Below, one piece after another: positions 18,159 to 29,145 of a stretch of 64,000 nt of DNA. This stretch comes from Rubrivivax sp. (GTDB taxonomy: Bacteria > Pseudomonadota > Gammaproteobacteria > Burkholderiales > Burkholderiaceae_C). The stretch's first letter is position 1. Each line of letters begins with the position of its first letter. A program made the position numbers and the translations under genes. Under the pieces are notes generated by a model that was given only the letters and a program-made list of their open reading frames with translations, did no database searches and had not been told where the DNA came from. The stretch lies in NCBI GenBank assembly GCA_016788525.1, contig JAEUPD010000222.1, forward strand, positions 557-64,556, in the 5' to 3' direction.

Positions 18159-18734
18159 ATGTCCGAGGCCCCCCGCGAAGTGACGCGCCTGCTGGGCGCT
18201 TGGCGTGCCGGCGACGAACAGGCGCTGGCCGAGCTCACCCCGCTCGTCTACCGCGAGCTGCACCGGCTGGCGCGCGGAGCGATGCGCGGCGAGCGCCCCG
18301 GCCACACGCTGCAGGCCACGGCGCTGGTGCACGAGGCCTTCATCGAGCTTTCCGATGCGCGCGTGGACTGGGTGGACCGCGCGCACTTCTACGCCATCGC
18401 GGCGCGGCAGATGCGCCGCATCCTCGTCAACCACGCTGAAGCGCACCGCGCCGCCAAGCGCGGCGGCGGTCAGCCGCACGCGCCGCTGACCGAGGCGCTC
18501 GACGTCGTGGGCACGCCCAGCGCGGAGATCACCGACCTGGACGACGCGCTGCGCCGGCTGGAAGCCTTCGACGCCCGCAAGGCACAGGCGCTGGAACTGC
18601 ACTATTTCGGCGGCCTCACCTACGACGAGATCGCCGCCGTGCTGCAGGTGTCACCGTCGACGGTGGATACCGAGCTGCGCTTCGCCAAGGCCTGGCTGCG
18701 CACCCGCCTGGAGCCCGATGTTGACGTGCCGTGA
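18159..18734 (+). CDS. ECF sigma factor, kinase-associated (TIGR02999/ECF43-like)
   Basis: VTRLL..W..GD, LVYRELHRLA, HTLQATALVHEA, HF...AARQMRRILV, KRGGG, LHYFGGLT. Confidence 0.92.
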   Translation: MSEAPREVTRLLGAWRAGDEQALAELTPLVYRELHRLARGAMRGERPGHTLQATALVHEAFIELSDARVDWVDRAHFYAIAARQMRRILVNHAEAHRAAKRGGGQPHAPLTEALDVVGTPSAEITDLDDALRRLEAFDARKAQALELHYFGGLTYDEIAAVLQVSPSTVDTELRFAKAWLRTRLEPDVDVP

Positions 18735-18752
18735 AGGCTGGTGAGCGCTGTT

Positions 18753-18772
18753 TATACTTGTCCACATGTATA
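18753..18772. promoter_or_regulatory. Palindromic operator candidate TATACTTGT-CC-ACATGTATA
   Basis: 8/9 inverted repeat in an AT-rich patch; related copies at 24394 and 25877. Confidence 0.6.
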
Positions 18773-18836
18773 TAGCGGCAAGCCGACATGGGCCGGCCAG
18801 CCTCATTCTTGCGTCGCCGCCGCGGGTGCGCTGGAA

Positions 18837-20402
18837 GTGAATCCCTGGCTGCAGCGGCTGGCAACCTGGTGGCAGCGCCTGATCGGCCGGTGGCCGGGCG
18901 CTGCCGCACCTTCGTCCAAGCCACCCACGCTGCCGCGGCTGCCGGCTCCGCCGTTGGCGCTGCGGCGTTGTGTCAGCGTGGTCGTCCCGGCATTGAACGA
19001 GGCGGCCCGCATCGCCGACGTGGTGCGCCACGCATTGGCGGACCCGGCCACCGCCGAAGTGGTGGTCATCGACGACAGTTCGATCGACGACACCGTGGCG
19101 CTGGCTCGCGCGGCCGGTGCGCGTGTCGCCACCAGCGCCATGCTCGGCAAAGGCGCCTCGATGCGCGACGGTGCGCTCACGGCCGGCCACGAGTTGCTGG
19201 TGTTTCTCGACGGCGACCTCGCCGGCCTGCGGCCGGGCGTCGTGAGCGACCTCGCGCGCCCGCTCGCCGAGGACCGCGCCGACTTCGTGAAAGCGCGCTT
19301 CGGGCGCAGCGGCGGGCGCGTCACCGAGCTCACGGCCAAGCCGATGCTGAAGGTTTTCTTCCCCGAGATCTCGCACTTCTCGCAGCCGCTGGGCGGCCTG
19401 ATCGCGGCGCGCCGCTCGCTGCTGCGCGCGCTGGCTTTCGAAGACGGCTACGGCGTCGACGTTGGCCTGCTGATCGACGCCCACCGTGCCGGTGCGCGGC
19501 TGGCCGAGGTGGACATCGGATCGCTCGAGCACGACAGCCAGCCGCTCGTCGACCTGGCGCTGATGGCCAACGAGGTGTCGCGCGTGATCTACCAGCGCGC
19601 CAAGGCAGCCGGCCGCCTGCACGTGGAGCAAATCGCCGCGATGCACGAGACGCAGCGCCAGGCGGCCGCGGCGCTGGACTACATCCTCACGCGACGGCGC
19701 GGCCGCACGCGGCTGCTGTTGCTGGACATGGACGGCACGATCACGCCAGAGCGCTTCGTCGTGCAGCTGGCGCGCGCCACAGGCGTCGAGGCGGCGCTGG
19801 AGGCGCTGATGGACCGCCCCTCGCAGGACAGTGCCACCCGCAGCCAGCGCATCGCGGCGCTGTTCCGCTTCGTGCACCAGCAGCAGTTCGAGCGCGTGGC
19901 GCGCGAGATGCCGCTGCGGCAAGGTGTCGTCAACTGGGTCAACTGCATGCGCCGCGCCGGCTTCATGGTCGGGGTTGTCAGCGACAGCTGGTTCGTGGCC
20001 GCCGACATCCTGCGCCGGCGTGTGTTCGCCGACTTCGCGCTGGCGCACACGTTGCAGTTCGACGGCGAGGTGTGCAGCGGCGTGGTGCACCTGAACCCGG
20101 CCTTCATGCCGATGGTGGCCGGCGAGAAGCCCGAGTTGTGCAAGAGCCACGTCATCCGGCGCTTCCGGGGCGACCCCGGCGAACCGCGCGTGCAGGAGGT
20201 GTGGGCCATCGGCGACAACGACAACGACCTGGGCATGCTGCGCGAGGCCGACCGGGCTTTCGTTGTCGAGCCGAAGTCGCCGCATTTGAAGCACGAGGCC
20301 GATGCCCCGCAGGTCGGCTCCTTCGAGGACCTGATGCTGCACGTGCCGAAGGGGCGCGGTGTGCCTTCGGCGAGCGAGGGTGCCCGCGCCAGCGGCGGCT
20401 GA
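18837..20402 (+). CDS. Glucosyl-3-phosphoglycerate synthase-like glycosyltransferase fused to a HAD phosphatase
   Basis: VVVPALNE, GKG, FLDGD, GGRVTELTAKP, QPLGG, GYGVDVGLLID; then LLDMDGT, VSDS, IGDNDND; start uncertain. Confidence 0.85.
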   Translation: MNPWLQRLATWWQRLIGRWPGAAAPSSKPPTLPRLPAPPLALRRCVSVVVPALNEAARIADVVRHALADPATAEVVVIDDSSIDDTVALARAAGARVATSAMLGKGASMRDGALTAGHELLVFLDGDLAGLRPGVVSDLARPLAEDRADFVKARFGRSGGRVTELTAKPMLKVFFPEISHFSQPLGGLIAARRSLLRALAFEDGYGVDVGLLIDAHRAGARLAEVDIGSLEHDSQPLVDLALMANEVSRVIYQRAKAAGRLHVEQIAAMHETQRQAAAALDYILTRRRGRTRLLLLDMDGTITPERFVVQLARATGVEAALEALMDRPSQDSATRSQRIAALFRFVHQQQFERVAREMPLRQGVVNWVNCMRRAGFMVGVVSDSWFVAADILRRRVFADFALAHTLQFDGEVCSGVVHLNPAFMPMVAGEKPELCKSHVIRRFRGDPGEPRVQEVWAIGDNDNDLGMLREADRAFVVEPKSPHLKHEADAPQVGSFEDLMLHVPKGRGVPSASEGARASGG

Positions 20403-20471
20403 CGCGCGACCGCGCATGCTGCCCGGCGGCGAAGCACAGCCGATGAATCTGCTCGCGCGGCACGGCATTCC

Positions 20472-22061
20472 GTGACGTCGCTGGACATGCTCATCGTCGC
20501 GGCCTACCTCGCGGCGGTGGTGGGTTGGTCGGCCACGCTGGCGTGGCAGCAGGCCTCGCCCGACGACTACTACGTCGCCGGCCGCCGCCTTCCGTGGTGG
20601 GCGCTGGGCATCTCGACGATGGCCACGCAGTCGTCGGCCAACTCGTTCATCGGCATCCCGGCCTTCGTGGCGCTGGTGCCGGGCGGGGGGTTGACCTGGC
20701 TGCAGTACGAGCTGGCGCTGCCGCTGGCGCTGGCGGTGGTCATGTTCGGGCTGGTGCCGGTGTTCCGCGGCCTCGGGCTCATCAGCATCTACGAGTACCT
20801 CGAGGTGCGCTTCGACCGCCGCACGCGCCTGCTGCTGAGTGCGGTCTTTCTCGTCTCGCGCGCGCTGGCCAGCGGCGTGGCGCTGTATGCGGCGGCGCTG
20901 GTGGTGCAGGTGTGCACCGGGCTGCCGTTTGTCTGGAGTGTGCTGTTGATGGGCGGCCTCACCGTCGTCTACGACATGCTGGGGGGCATGCGCGCGGTGG
21001 TGTGGACGGATGTCGTGCAGATGTCGGTGCTGCTGGCCGGGCTCGTCGGCTGCCTGGTCTTCGCGCTGCAGATCGGCGGCGGCGCGCAAGCCGTGCTGCA
21101 GGCGGTGGACCCGGCGCGCCTGGTCGCCATCGACGCCCGGCTGGGGCTGGGTGACGGCGCGCGCGCGCCGCTGTGGGGGTTCGTCGTCGGCGGCTTCGTG
21201 CTGTACGTGGCGTACTACGGCATCGACCAGAGCCAGGTGCAGCGGCAGCTTTCGGCGGTGAACGTGGGCGAGGCTCGGCGGCTGCTGGCCTTCAACGCGC
21301 TGGCGCGATTTCCGCTCACGCTGCTGTATGCCGCGCTCGGGCTGGCGCTGGCCGCCGTGTGGGGGCAAAGCGAGGCGCTGCGCGAGGCAGTGCCGCCGAA
21401 CCGACTGGACCTGCTGGTGCCGCGCTTCATCGAACTCCACCTGCCTGCGGGGCTGCGCGGACTGCTGGTGGCCGCGGTGCTGGCCGCGGCGATGTCCAGC
21501 CTGGATTCGGCGCTGAACAGCCTGTCGGCAGCGACGCTGCGCGACTTCGTTTCGCCGCGCATCCACCCTTCAAGACAGATGGCCGTCGCGCGCGGTTGCA
21601 CGCTCGCGTGGGGCGTGGTCATCACGGCGTTCGGTTTGTTCGCCGGCAGCCTGGCCAGCACGGTGATCGAGGCCATCAACCTGGTGGGGGCGCTGTTCTA
21701 CGGCCCGCTGCTGGCGGCGTTCGCCTGCGGCATCCTCGACCCGCGCGCCACGGGCCCCGCGGTGCGAACGGGCGTCGCGGCCGGCCTGGCGGTGAATGTC
21801 GTGTTGTGGATCGCCTTCCGGCAGGAGGTGTTCTGGATGTGGTGGAACGTCAGCGGCCTCGTCGTCGCCGTGGCGGCGACGGTGGGGCTGTCGCGGCTCG
21901 GACTCACTGCATTGCCGGGGGGCCCGCCGGCACGGGCGCGCAGGCACATCGCACTCACGCTCCGCCAGATCTGGCTCGAAGGCCGCGGCACGTTTGCGGC
22001 GCTGGCCGCCTATTCAGCGCTCATCCTCGCGCTGCTGGCGTGGCTGGGCGTGCGCGGCTGA
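20472..22061 (+). CDS. Sodium:solute symporter (SSS family)
   Basis: YYVAGRRLPWW, SIYEYLE.RF, GGMRAVVWTD, DQSQVQR, AAAMSSLDS. Confidence 0.93.
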   Translation: MTSLDMLIVAAYLAAVVGWSATLAWQQASPDDYYVAGRRLPWWALGISTMATQSSANSFIGIPAFVALVPGGGLTWLQYELALPLALAVVMFGLVPVFRGLGLISIYEYLEVRFDRRTRLLLSAVFLVSRALASGVALYAAALVVQVCTGLPFVWSVLLMGGLTVVYDMLGGMRAVVWTDVVQMSVLLAGLVGCLVFALQIGGGAQAVLQAVDPARLVAIDARLGLGDGARAPLWGFVVGGFVLYVAYYGIDQSQVQRQLSAVNVGEARRLLAFNALARFPLTLLYAALGLALAAVWGQSEALREAVPPNRLDLLVPRFIELHLPAGLRGLLVAAVLAAAMSSLDSALNSLSAATLRDFVSPRIHPSRQMAVARGCTLAWGVVITAFGLFAGSLASTVIEAINLVGALFYGPLLAAFACGILDPRATGPAVRTGVAAGLAVNVVLWIAFRQEVFWMWWNVSGLVVAVAATVGLSRLGLTALPGGPPARARRHIALTLRQIWLEGRGTFAALAAYSALILALLAWLGVRG

Positions 22062-23555
22062 AACGGTGCCAGCCTGCGCCGCGGCGGCGGCAGTCGCTGC
22101 GGGTGTGGACGCCTCGCTGCCCGTCGGCGCCGGCGGCAGCGGCAGCAGCATCGCCAGCTCGCGATACAGCGGCGGCGTGACCAGGCGCGAGATACCGGCG
22201 GCCACCATCGAGCAGGCCATCAGGCTGAGCACCATCGAGTGCCCGGCCACCATCTCCATCACGATGATGAACGCGGTGATCGGCGTCTGCGTGGTGGCGG
22301 CGAGAAAGCCCACCATGCCCAGCGCGATGAGCGGGATGGCCGCTTGCTGGCCCACCTCGGTCAGCGTGGCCACGTCATGGCCGATGCCCGCACCGATGGC
22401 CAGCGACGGTGCGAACACTCCCGCGGGCACGCCCGTCCACGCCGACAGCCACGTGGCGCAGAACTTCAGGAGCGTGTAGACACCCGGCAGGTCGGACTGG
22501 CCTTCGAGCATGGCGCGCGTGGGCGCATAGCCGGCACCGGAGGTCTGGCCGCCGGTTGCCAGGCCGATCAACGCCACCGCCAGCGCGCAGCCGGCCGCGA
22601 AGCGATAAGGGTGCGAAAGGCGCCATCGGCTGAAGCGGTCGGGCAGCCCCTGTGCCGAGACGATCATCAGCTTGGCGAACAACCCACCGGCCAGCCCGCA
22701 GGCCAGCGCCACCAGCAGCCCCGGCCACCACAGCGACAGTGGCAGCGTCTGCACGCGCAGGCGGCCGAAGTAGGTTTCGTTGCCGAACACCGCCACGGCC
22801 ACCAGACCGGCCAGCACGATGACCGCGATCACCAGCGTGCTGTGCTCCAGGTTGCGGCGGCGCGTGAGCTGCTCCAGGCCGAACACGATGCCGCCCAGCG
22901 GCGTATTGAACGCCGCGGCGATGCCCGCGGCGGCCCCCGCCACCATCAGGTCGTGCGGGTCGATGCGCGAGCGCGCCGACAGCCAGCGGCGCGCACCGAC
23001 CATCAACCCGGCGCCCACCTGCACCGTGGGCCCCTCGCGGCCGATCGACAGGCCGGCCAGAAGGCCGCCCGACACCAGCCCGATCTTGGCCAGTGCGACG
23101 CGCGGCGAGACCAGCCATCGGCGCTGCGCCGGCAGCAGGTCGTCGTCGGCCGCGCGCACCACCTGCGGAATGCCCGAGCCGAACGCGCCGGGGGCAAAGC
23201 GCCGGGTCAGCCACAACACCGCCACCGTCAGTGCCGGTGTCCACAGCAAGGCCGCGTACGGCCCGAGAGGGTGCTCGCCGCGCAGCGACGCATGGGCGTG
23301 CGAGGCGACCTCGGCCAGCAGCGTGAAGCCCACCACCGCCAGGCCGGTGAGGACCGCGAAGGCCAGCACCACGGCGCGGTCGAACCAGGCGGCGCGGGCG
23401 ACGAATTCCGAGCCGAGCAGCGCCACCAGGCGGCGGCGCGCGACACGCAAGCGCACGCGCCAGGACACGCGCCTTGGCGATGCCCCCGCCCGGTGGCCCA
23501 GGGGGGCCGGCTCGCGCCGGCGCGCGCCGCTGTGCACGCCGCCGCCGCGGTTCAA
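22014..23555 (-). CDS. ClC-family chloride/proton antiporter
   Basis: GSGIP, GREGP (gating Glu), AAAFNTPLGG..FGLE, GVFAP; start uncertain. Confidence 0.93.
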   Translation of the reverse strand: MNRGGGVHSGARRREPAPLGHRAGASPRRVSWRVRLRVARRRLVALLGSEFVARAAWFDRAVVLAFAVLTGLAVVGFTLLAEVASHAHASLRGEHPLGPYAALLWTPALTVAVLWLTRRFAPGAFGSGIPQVVRAADDDLLPAQRRWLVSPRVALAKIGLVSGGLLAGLSIGREGPTVQVGAGLMVGARRWLSARSRIDPHDLMVAGAAAGIAAAFNTPLGGIVFGLEQLTRRRNLEHSTLVIAVIVLAGLVAVAVFGNETYFGRLRVQTLPLSLWWPGLLVALACGLAGGLFAKLMIVSAQGLPDRFSRWRLSHPYRFAAGCALAVALIGLATGGQTSGAGYAPTRAMLEGQSDLPGVYTLLKFCATWLSAWTGVPAGVFAPSLAIGAGIGHDVATLTEVGQQAAIPLIALGMVGFLAATTQTPITAFIIVMEMVAGHSMVLSLMACSMVAAGISRLVTPPLYRELAMLLPLPPAPTGSEASTPAATAAAAAQAGTVSAAHAQPRQQREDER

Positions 23556-24325
23556 AGATGGCCCGCGCCTGGAACCAGCGCAGGAGGGATTTCAGCGCGT
23601 TTGCGCCCGACGAGCAGGTAGTAGAACAGTGGCGAGCCATCGATGGAGATGCGATGGCGGTAGCGCTCGAGGTGGTGCACCTGGATGAGGTCGTCGAGCA
23701 TCAGCCGCTTGACGAGCCGGGAGAAGCCCGTGGAGTCGTCTTCGCGCAAGAAGGTCTCCTTGATGTTGAACACGACCCAGCCCTCATCGACCACCACGTT
23801 GTAGGCATTGGCAAAGGCCGCCACCGGGATGTCGCCGAAGCCGAGCGCGGCGATGCAGGTCAGGCAGTCGATCTTCCAGCCGCGCAACTCGGCCAGCAAC
23901 GCGGCGCCGGGGCGGGCCATGTCGGCGACATAGTATGCGTCGTACGCGTGCGGGCGGTCGCGCTCGCAGGCATGGCGGGCCGCCTGGGAAATGTCCACGC
24001 CGACCATACGCGCCACGTCCAGCAGCTCGCCCATCATGCCGTTGCCCGCGCCGAGATCGAGCACGCGCAGCAAATGGGCATCGAGGCGGTTGTCCTTGAA
24101 GACCTTCAGCAGCACCTCGCGCGCCTTGCTCGGCGACACGCAGAGCAGTCGCCGATAGAACAACTGCTCGTACAACCCCGGCCGGCGATAGATGGCGTCG
24201 TAGTCGTGGAAGCGGATGGTCTCCTCGCGGCCCTCTTCGATCAGCCTGAAGAACGCCTCGTCCTGCCCCAGTGCATGGGGATCAGTCATCGGCAGGCTGA
24301 TGTTGTGCAGTGAGGTGGCGGTCAT
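23552..24325 (-). CDS. Class I SAM-dependent methyltransferase
   Basis: VLDLGAGNG, VGVDIS; stop overlaps the predicted ClC start. Confidence 0.85.
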   Translation of the reverse strand: MTATSLHNISLPMTDPHALGQDEAFFRLIEEGREETIRFHDYDAIYRRPGLYEQLFYRRLLCVSPSKAREVLLKVFKDNRLDAHLLRVLDLGAGNGMMGELLDVARMVGVDISQAARHACERDRPHAYDAYYVADMARPGAALLAELRGWKIDCLTCIAALGFGDIPVAAFANAYNVVVDEGWVVFNIKETFLREDDSTGFSRLVKRLMLDDLIQVHHLERYRHRISIDGSPLFYYLLVGRKRAEIPPALVPGAGHL

Positions 24326-24393
24326 GCAGGGGTGGATGGCGCGTGTCCCGCGGCCCGGGTCGGCCGAGGCTTGTCGCGGCGTCGAGCGACAAT

Positions 24394-24408
24394 TATATTT
24401 GTCCAAAA
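24394..24408. promoter_or_regulatory. Operator candidate TATATTTGTCCAAAA
   Basis: Matches the 18753 and 25877 sites; lies in a divergent intergenic gap. Confidence 0.55.
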
Positions 24409-24446
24409 CCGTGTAGGTCGAACCGACCCCAAGGAGACTCGACGCG

Positions 24447-25064
24447 ATGACTCACCCCGAAGACCAACGATCCGCCCGATCACGCCGGGCGGCCCCGTCG
24501 CTCGGGCCGGCTGCCCTGGCCCTCTCTGCCCTCATGCTGGTGCTCAGCGGGTGTGCCAGCCCGCCCGAAAACCTGTCGCCCGCGGCGGCCGCCACGGCGG
24601 CACCGCAGCCCGCCCCGGCACCGCCGCCTGCGGCGCCCGCCCCCAGCGGACAACCGCAGGGGGTGGCCGCGAGCCCCGGCGCCGATGGCCGCGGCCTGGG
24701 CAGCCAGGTGGCGACTGTGACCGCGCCCGCGCCGGACAGCGTGTTCTTCGAGTTCGACGACAGTGCGCTGAGAGTGCAGGACACGCCGGTCATCGAGCGC
24801 TTCGGCAAGTACCTGGCCGCCGCGCGCGGCGCCGGGCTTCGCGTGGAGGGGCACTGCGACGAGCGTGGCAGCCGCGAGTACAACCTTGCACTCGGGCAGC
24901 GCCGGGCACAAGCGGTGGTGAATGCCCTGCGCGCGATCGGCATCGACACCGCGCGCATCGAAGCCGTCAGTTTCGGCGAGGAGCGACCGCGCGCCACCGG
25001 GCGCGACGAAGCCTCCTGGGCACAGAACCGGCGCGCCGATCTGCGGGCCCGGGCGGCGCCCTGA
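24447..25064 (+). CDS. Pal-like peptidoglycan-associated lipoprotein (OmpA family)
   Basis: Lipobox LSGC; VFFEFD; EGHCDERGSREYNLALGQRRA; SFGEERP; NRRA. Confidence 0.9.
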   Translation: MTHPEDQRSARSRRAAPSLGPAALALSALMLVLSGCASPPENLSPAAAATAAPQPAPAPPPAAPAPSGQPQGVAASPGADGRGLGSQVATVTAPAPDSVFFEFDDSALRVQDTPVIERFGKYLAAARGAGLRVEGHCDERGSREYNLALGQRRAQAVVNALRAIGIDTARIEAVSFGEERPRATGRDEASWAQNRRADLRARAAP

Positions 25065-25171
25065 GCGCCGGCAGTGCACCGGCGCTGCACGGGACGCCCG
25101 GCCCCGAAGGTCGAACGCCGCATCGGCGCGACGACCTCCAACTGCCAGCGGGCGGCGCGCGAGGTATCGAC

Positions 25172-25786
25172 CTACATCTGCGCCAGCGGAATGCGCGCAG
25201 CCCGCTTGTCGGTCTCCAGCATCTCGAGGAGCCGGGCCAGGTCGGCGTCCAGCCGGTCGAGGACCGACGGGTCGAGCCGCGCCAGGGCATCGGGCAGCAC
25301 GCCGGAGAATGGGCCCGGCGCTCGTGCCAGCAGGCGCAGGCCGTGGCGCGTGATCTTCAGCTGGCTGGCGCGCTTGTCGATGCCGCTTCGGTGCGACTCG
25401 ACCAAACCTTGCGAAACGAGCGAGCGCACCAGGTTGCTCGCGGTGGTCTGGTGCACGTCCATCGAACGCCCAAGAGCACCCACGCCAATGCCCGGCTGGG
25501 CGCGCACCACGCTGAGGGCCCACAACTGCGCGCCGCCGATGCCTGCCTGCCTCTCCACCTGCTGGAAGTGTGTCTTGACGGCGTTGAAGACGAGGCGGAA
25601 GCGCCGCAGAACGCGCTGGGCCGCTTCGGCGCCGGGCGCCGCGAGGGCGTCGGTGGGGGGCTCCGGCCCGGCCCTGGCGGTCTCGCCAGGGGTCGCGGCA
25701 TGCGATGGGGACCCCGAAGTGGCTCTTGGTGGCTCTGGCGGACGCACGGGCCAATGATAAGGACGCCCGCCCGCTGCGGAAGGCAC
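25172..25786 (-). CDS. MarR family transcriptional regulator
   Basis: AQLWAL...VHQTTASNLVRSLVSQGLV...DKR...ITRHG winged helix; true start may be downstream of 25786. Confidence 0.88.
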   Translation of the reverse strand: MPSAAGGRPYHWPVRPPEPPRATSGSPSHAATPGETARAGPEPPTDALAAPGAEAAQRVLRRFRLVFNAVKTHFQQVERQAGIGGAQLWALSVVRAQPGIGVGALGRSMDVHQTTASNLVRSLVSQGLVESHRSGIDKRASQLKITRHGLRLLARAPGPFSGVLPDALARLDPSVLDRLDADLARLLEMLETDKRAARIPLAQM

Positions 25787-25876
25787 GGCGAAAAGAGGCG
25801 GGGCCTGCGCCCCGCCGAAATGAACAAGTCCACTTGCAGCGCCCCCCGGCTCTCCGTGGGGCCACCGCGTGCGAAG

Positions 25877-25891
25877 TATATTGGTCTAAAT
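25877..25891. promoter_or_regulatory. Operator candidate TATATTGGTCTAAAT upstream of marR
   Basis: Third motif copy; overlaps an ATATT-N6-AATAT inverted repeat. Confidence 0.55.
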
Positions 25892-26030
25892 ATTCTCGGT
25901 ATCGGGGTTGACCCGGGATTGGGTCGGTAGCGGCACGCGAGTGGTCCGCCCACGGCGGGTGAATGGTCATGCGCCGGTTCCAGCACGTCACAGCCGCGGC
26001 GGGCGGCCGGGCCGGCGCCCCGCGCGAGGC

Positions 26031-28102
<2,072 letters not shown>

Positions 28103-28106
<4 letters not shown>

Positions 28107-29050
28107 CGTGCGGCGGCCTTCCTGCCACGCTGGCCGGCCGCGCGAGGAGGCGTGGCTCGGACCAGCAGCGCCTCGCGCGCCAGCAGCAGCACGGCGTCAC
28201 CGCCGGCGCTGGTGTCGAGCCACACCGCCTCGAGCCGCGGGAATGCGGCCTCGAAGTGCGCGCGCTCGTGGCCGACCTCGAGCACCAGCACGCCGCCCGG
28301 GGCGAGGTGGGCGGCGATGCCGGCCAAGAGCGGCCGCACGAAGTCCATGCCGTCGCCGCCGCCGGCCAGCGCCAACGCGGGCTCGGCACGGAACTCCGGC
28401 GGCAGTTCACTCATCGACGCGGCGTTCACGTAGGGCGGGTTGCACAGCACGAGGTCGAAGCGTTCGGCCGCGTGCAGCGCGGCGAGGCCATCGCCCTGGC
28501 GCAGCTCGATGCGCGCCGCGAGCCCATGCCGCTGGACGTTGCGCCGGGCCACGGCCAGCGCATCGTCGCTGAGGTCGGTAGCCAGCACCTGCACCCGGGG
28601 CCACGCCATTGCCGCCAGCACCGCGAGGCTGCCGTTGCCGGTGCACAGGTCGAGCACAAGCTCCGGCTCGCGGCCGAGCAGCGCGTCGATGTCGCCAGCG
28701 GCCAGCGGCTCGGCGATCAGCGAGCGCGGCACGATAGTGCGCTCGTCGACGAAGAACGGCACGCCCTGCAGCCAGGCTTCACCGGTCAGGTACGCCGCTG
28801 GGCGCCGCGTGCGGATGCGCTCGTCGATCAGCGCAAGCACCTGCTGCTGCTCGGCCGCGGAGAGCCGGCGCGAGGCGTGCTCGTCCAGCGCGTCCAGCGG
28901 CAAGCCCAGCCGCCATAGCACGAGCCAGGCCGCCTCGTCGAAGGCGTTGATGGTGCCGTGGCCGAAGGCGACGCCGGCGGCTTCGAGCTGCCGGCCGGCC
29001 TGCTGCACGCACTCGAACAGGTTCACTGTCACGGTCAAGGTCACGGACAA
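28103..29050 (-). CDS. prmB: 50S ribosomal protein L3 N5-glutamine methyltransferase
   Basis: FGHGT.NAFDEA, PAAYLTGEAW, VDER.IVPRS, DLCTG, NPPY; start may be 29026. Confidence 0.95.
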
Positions 29051-29052
29051 GG

Positions 29053-29129
29053 TCAGGCCGCCCCAGTTGAGGGCAGCATTGCTTCGAGCGTGCGGCGGTA
29101 GATTCGGCGAGTCGCAGCGTGCGGCTCAT
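29053..29129 (-). pseudogene. dapE: Remnant of succinyl-diaminopimelate desuccinylase (only both termini left)
   Basis: MSRTLRLAE joined out of frame to IYRRTLEAMLPSTGAA*, in the syntenic dapE slot between pilU and prmB. Confidence 0.7.
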
Positions 29130-29145
29130 GGACCCGGCGCAGCCC

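Noticed and set aside
18748-18775. Possible SOS box beginning CTGT
   Set aside because: No CAG at the required spacing; better explained by the separate palindrome shared with the 24394 and 25877 sites.
18651-21566. 971-aa minus-strand ORF and similar long ORFs (7098-9527+, 25908-28433+, 40393-43476+, 54185-56941+)
   Set aside because: Antisense or off-frame shadows of well-supported genes, expected in very high-GC DNA; no recognisable motifs.
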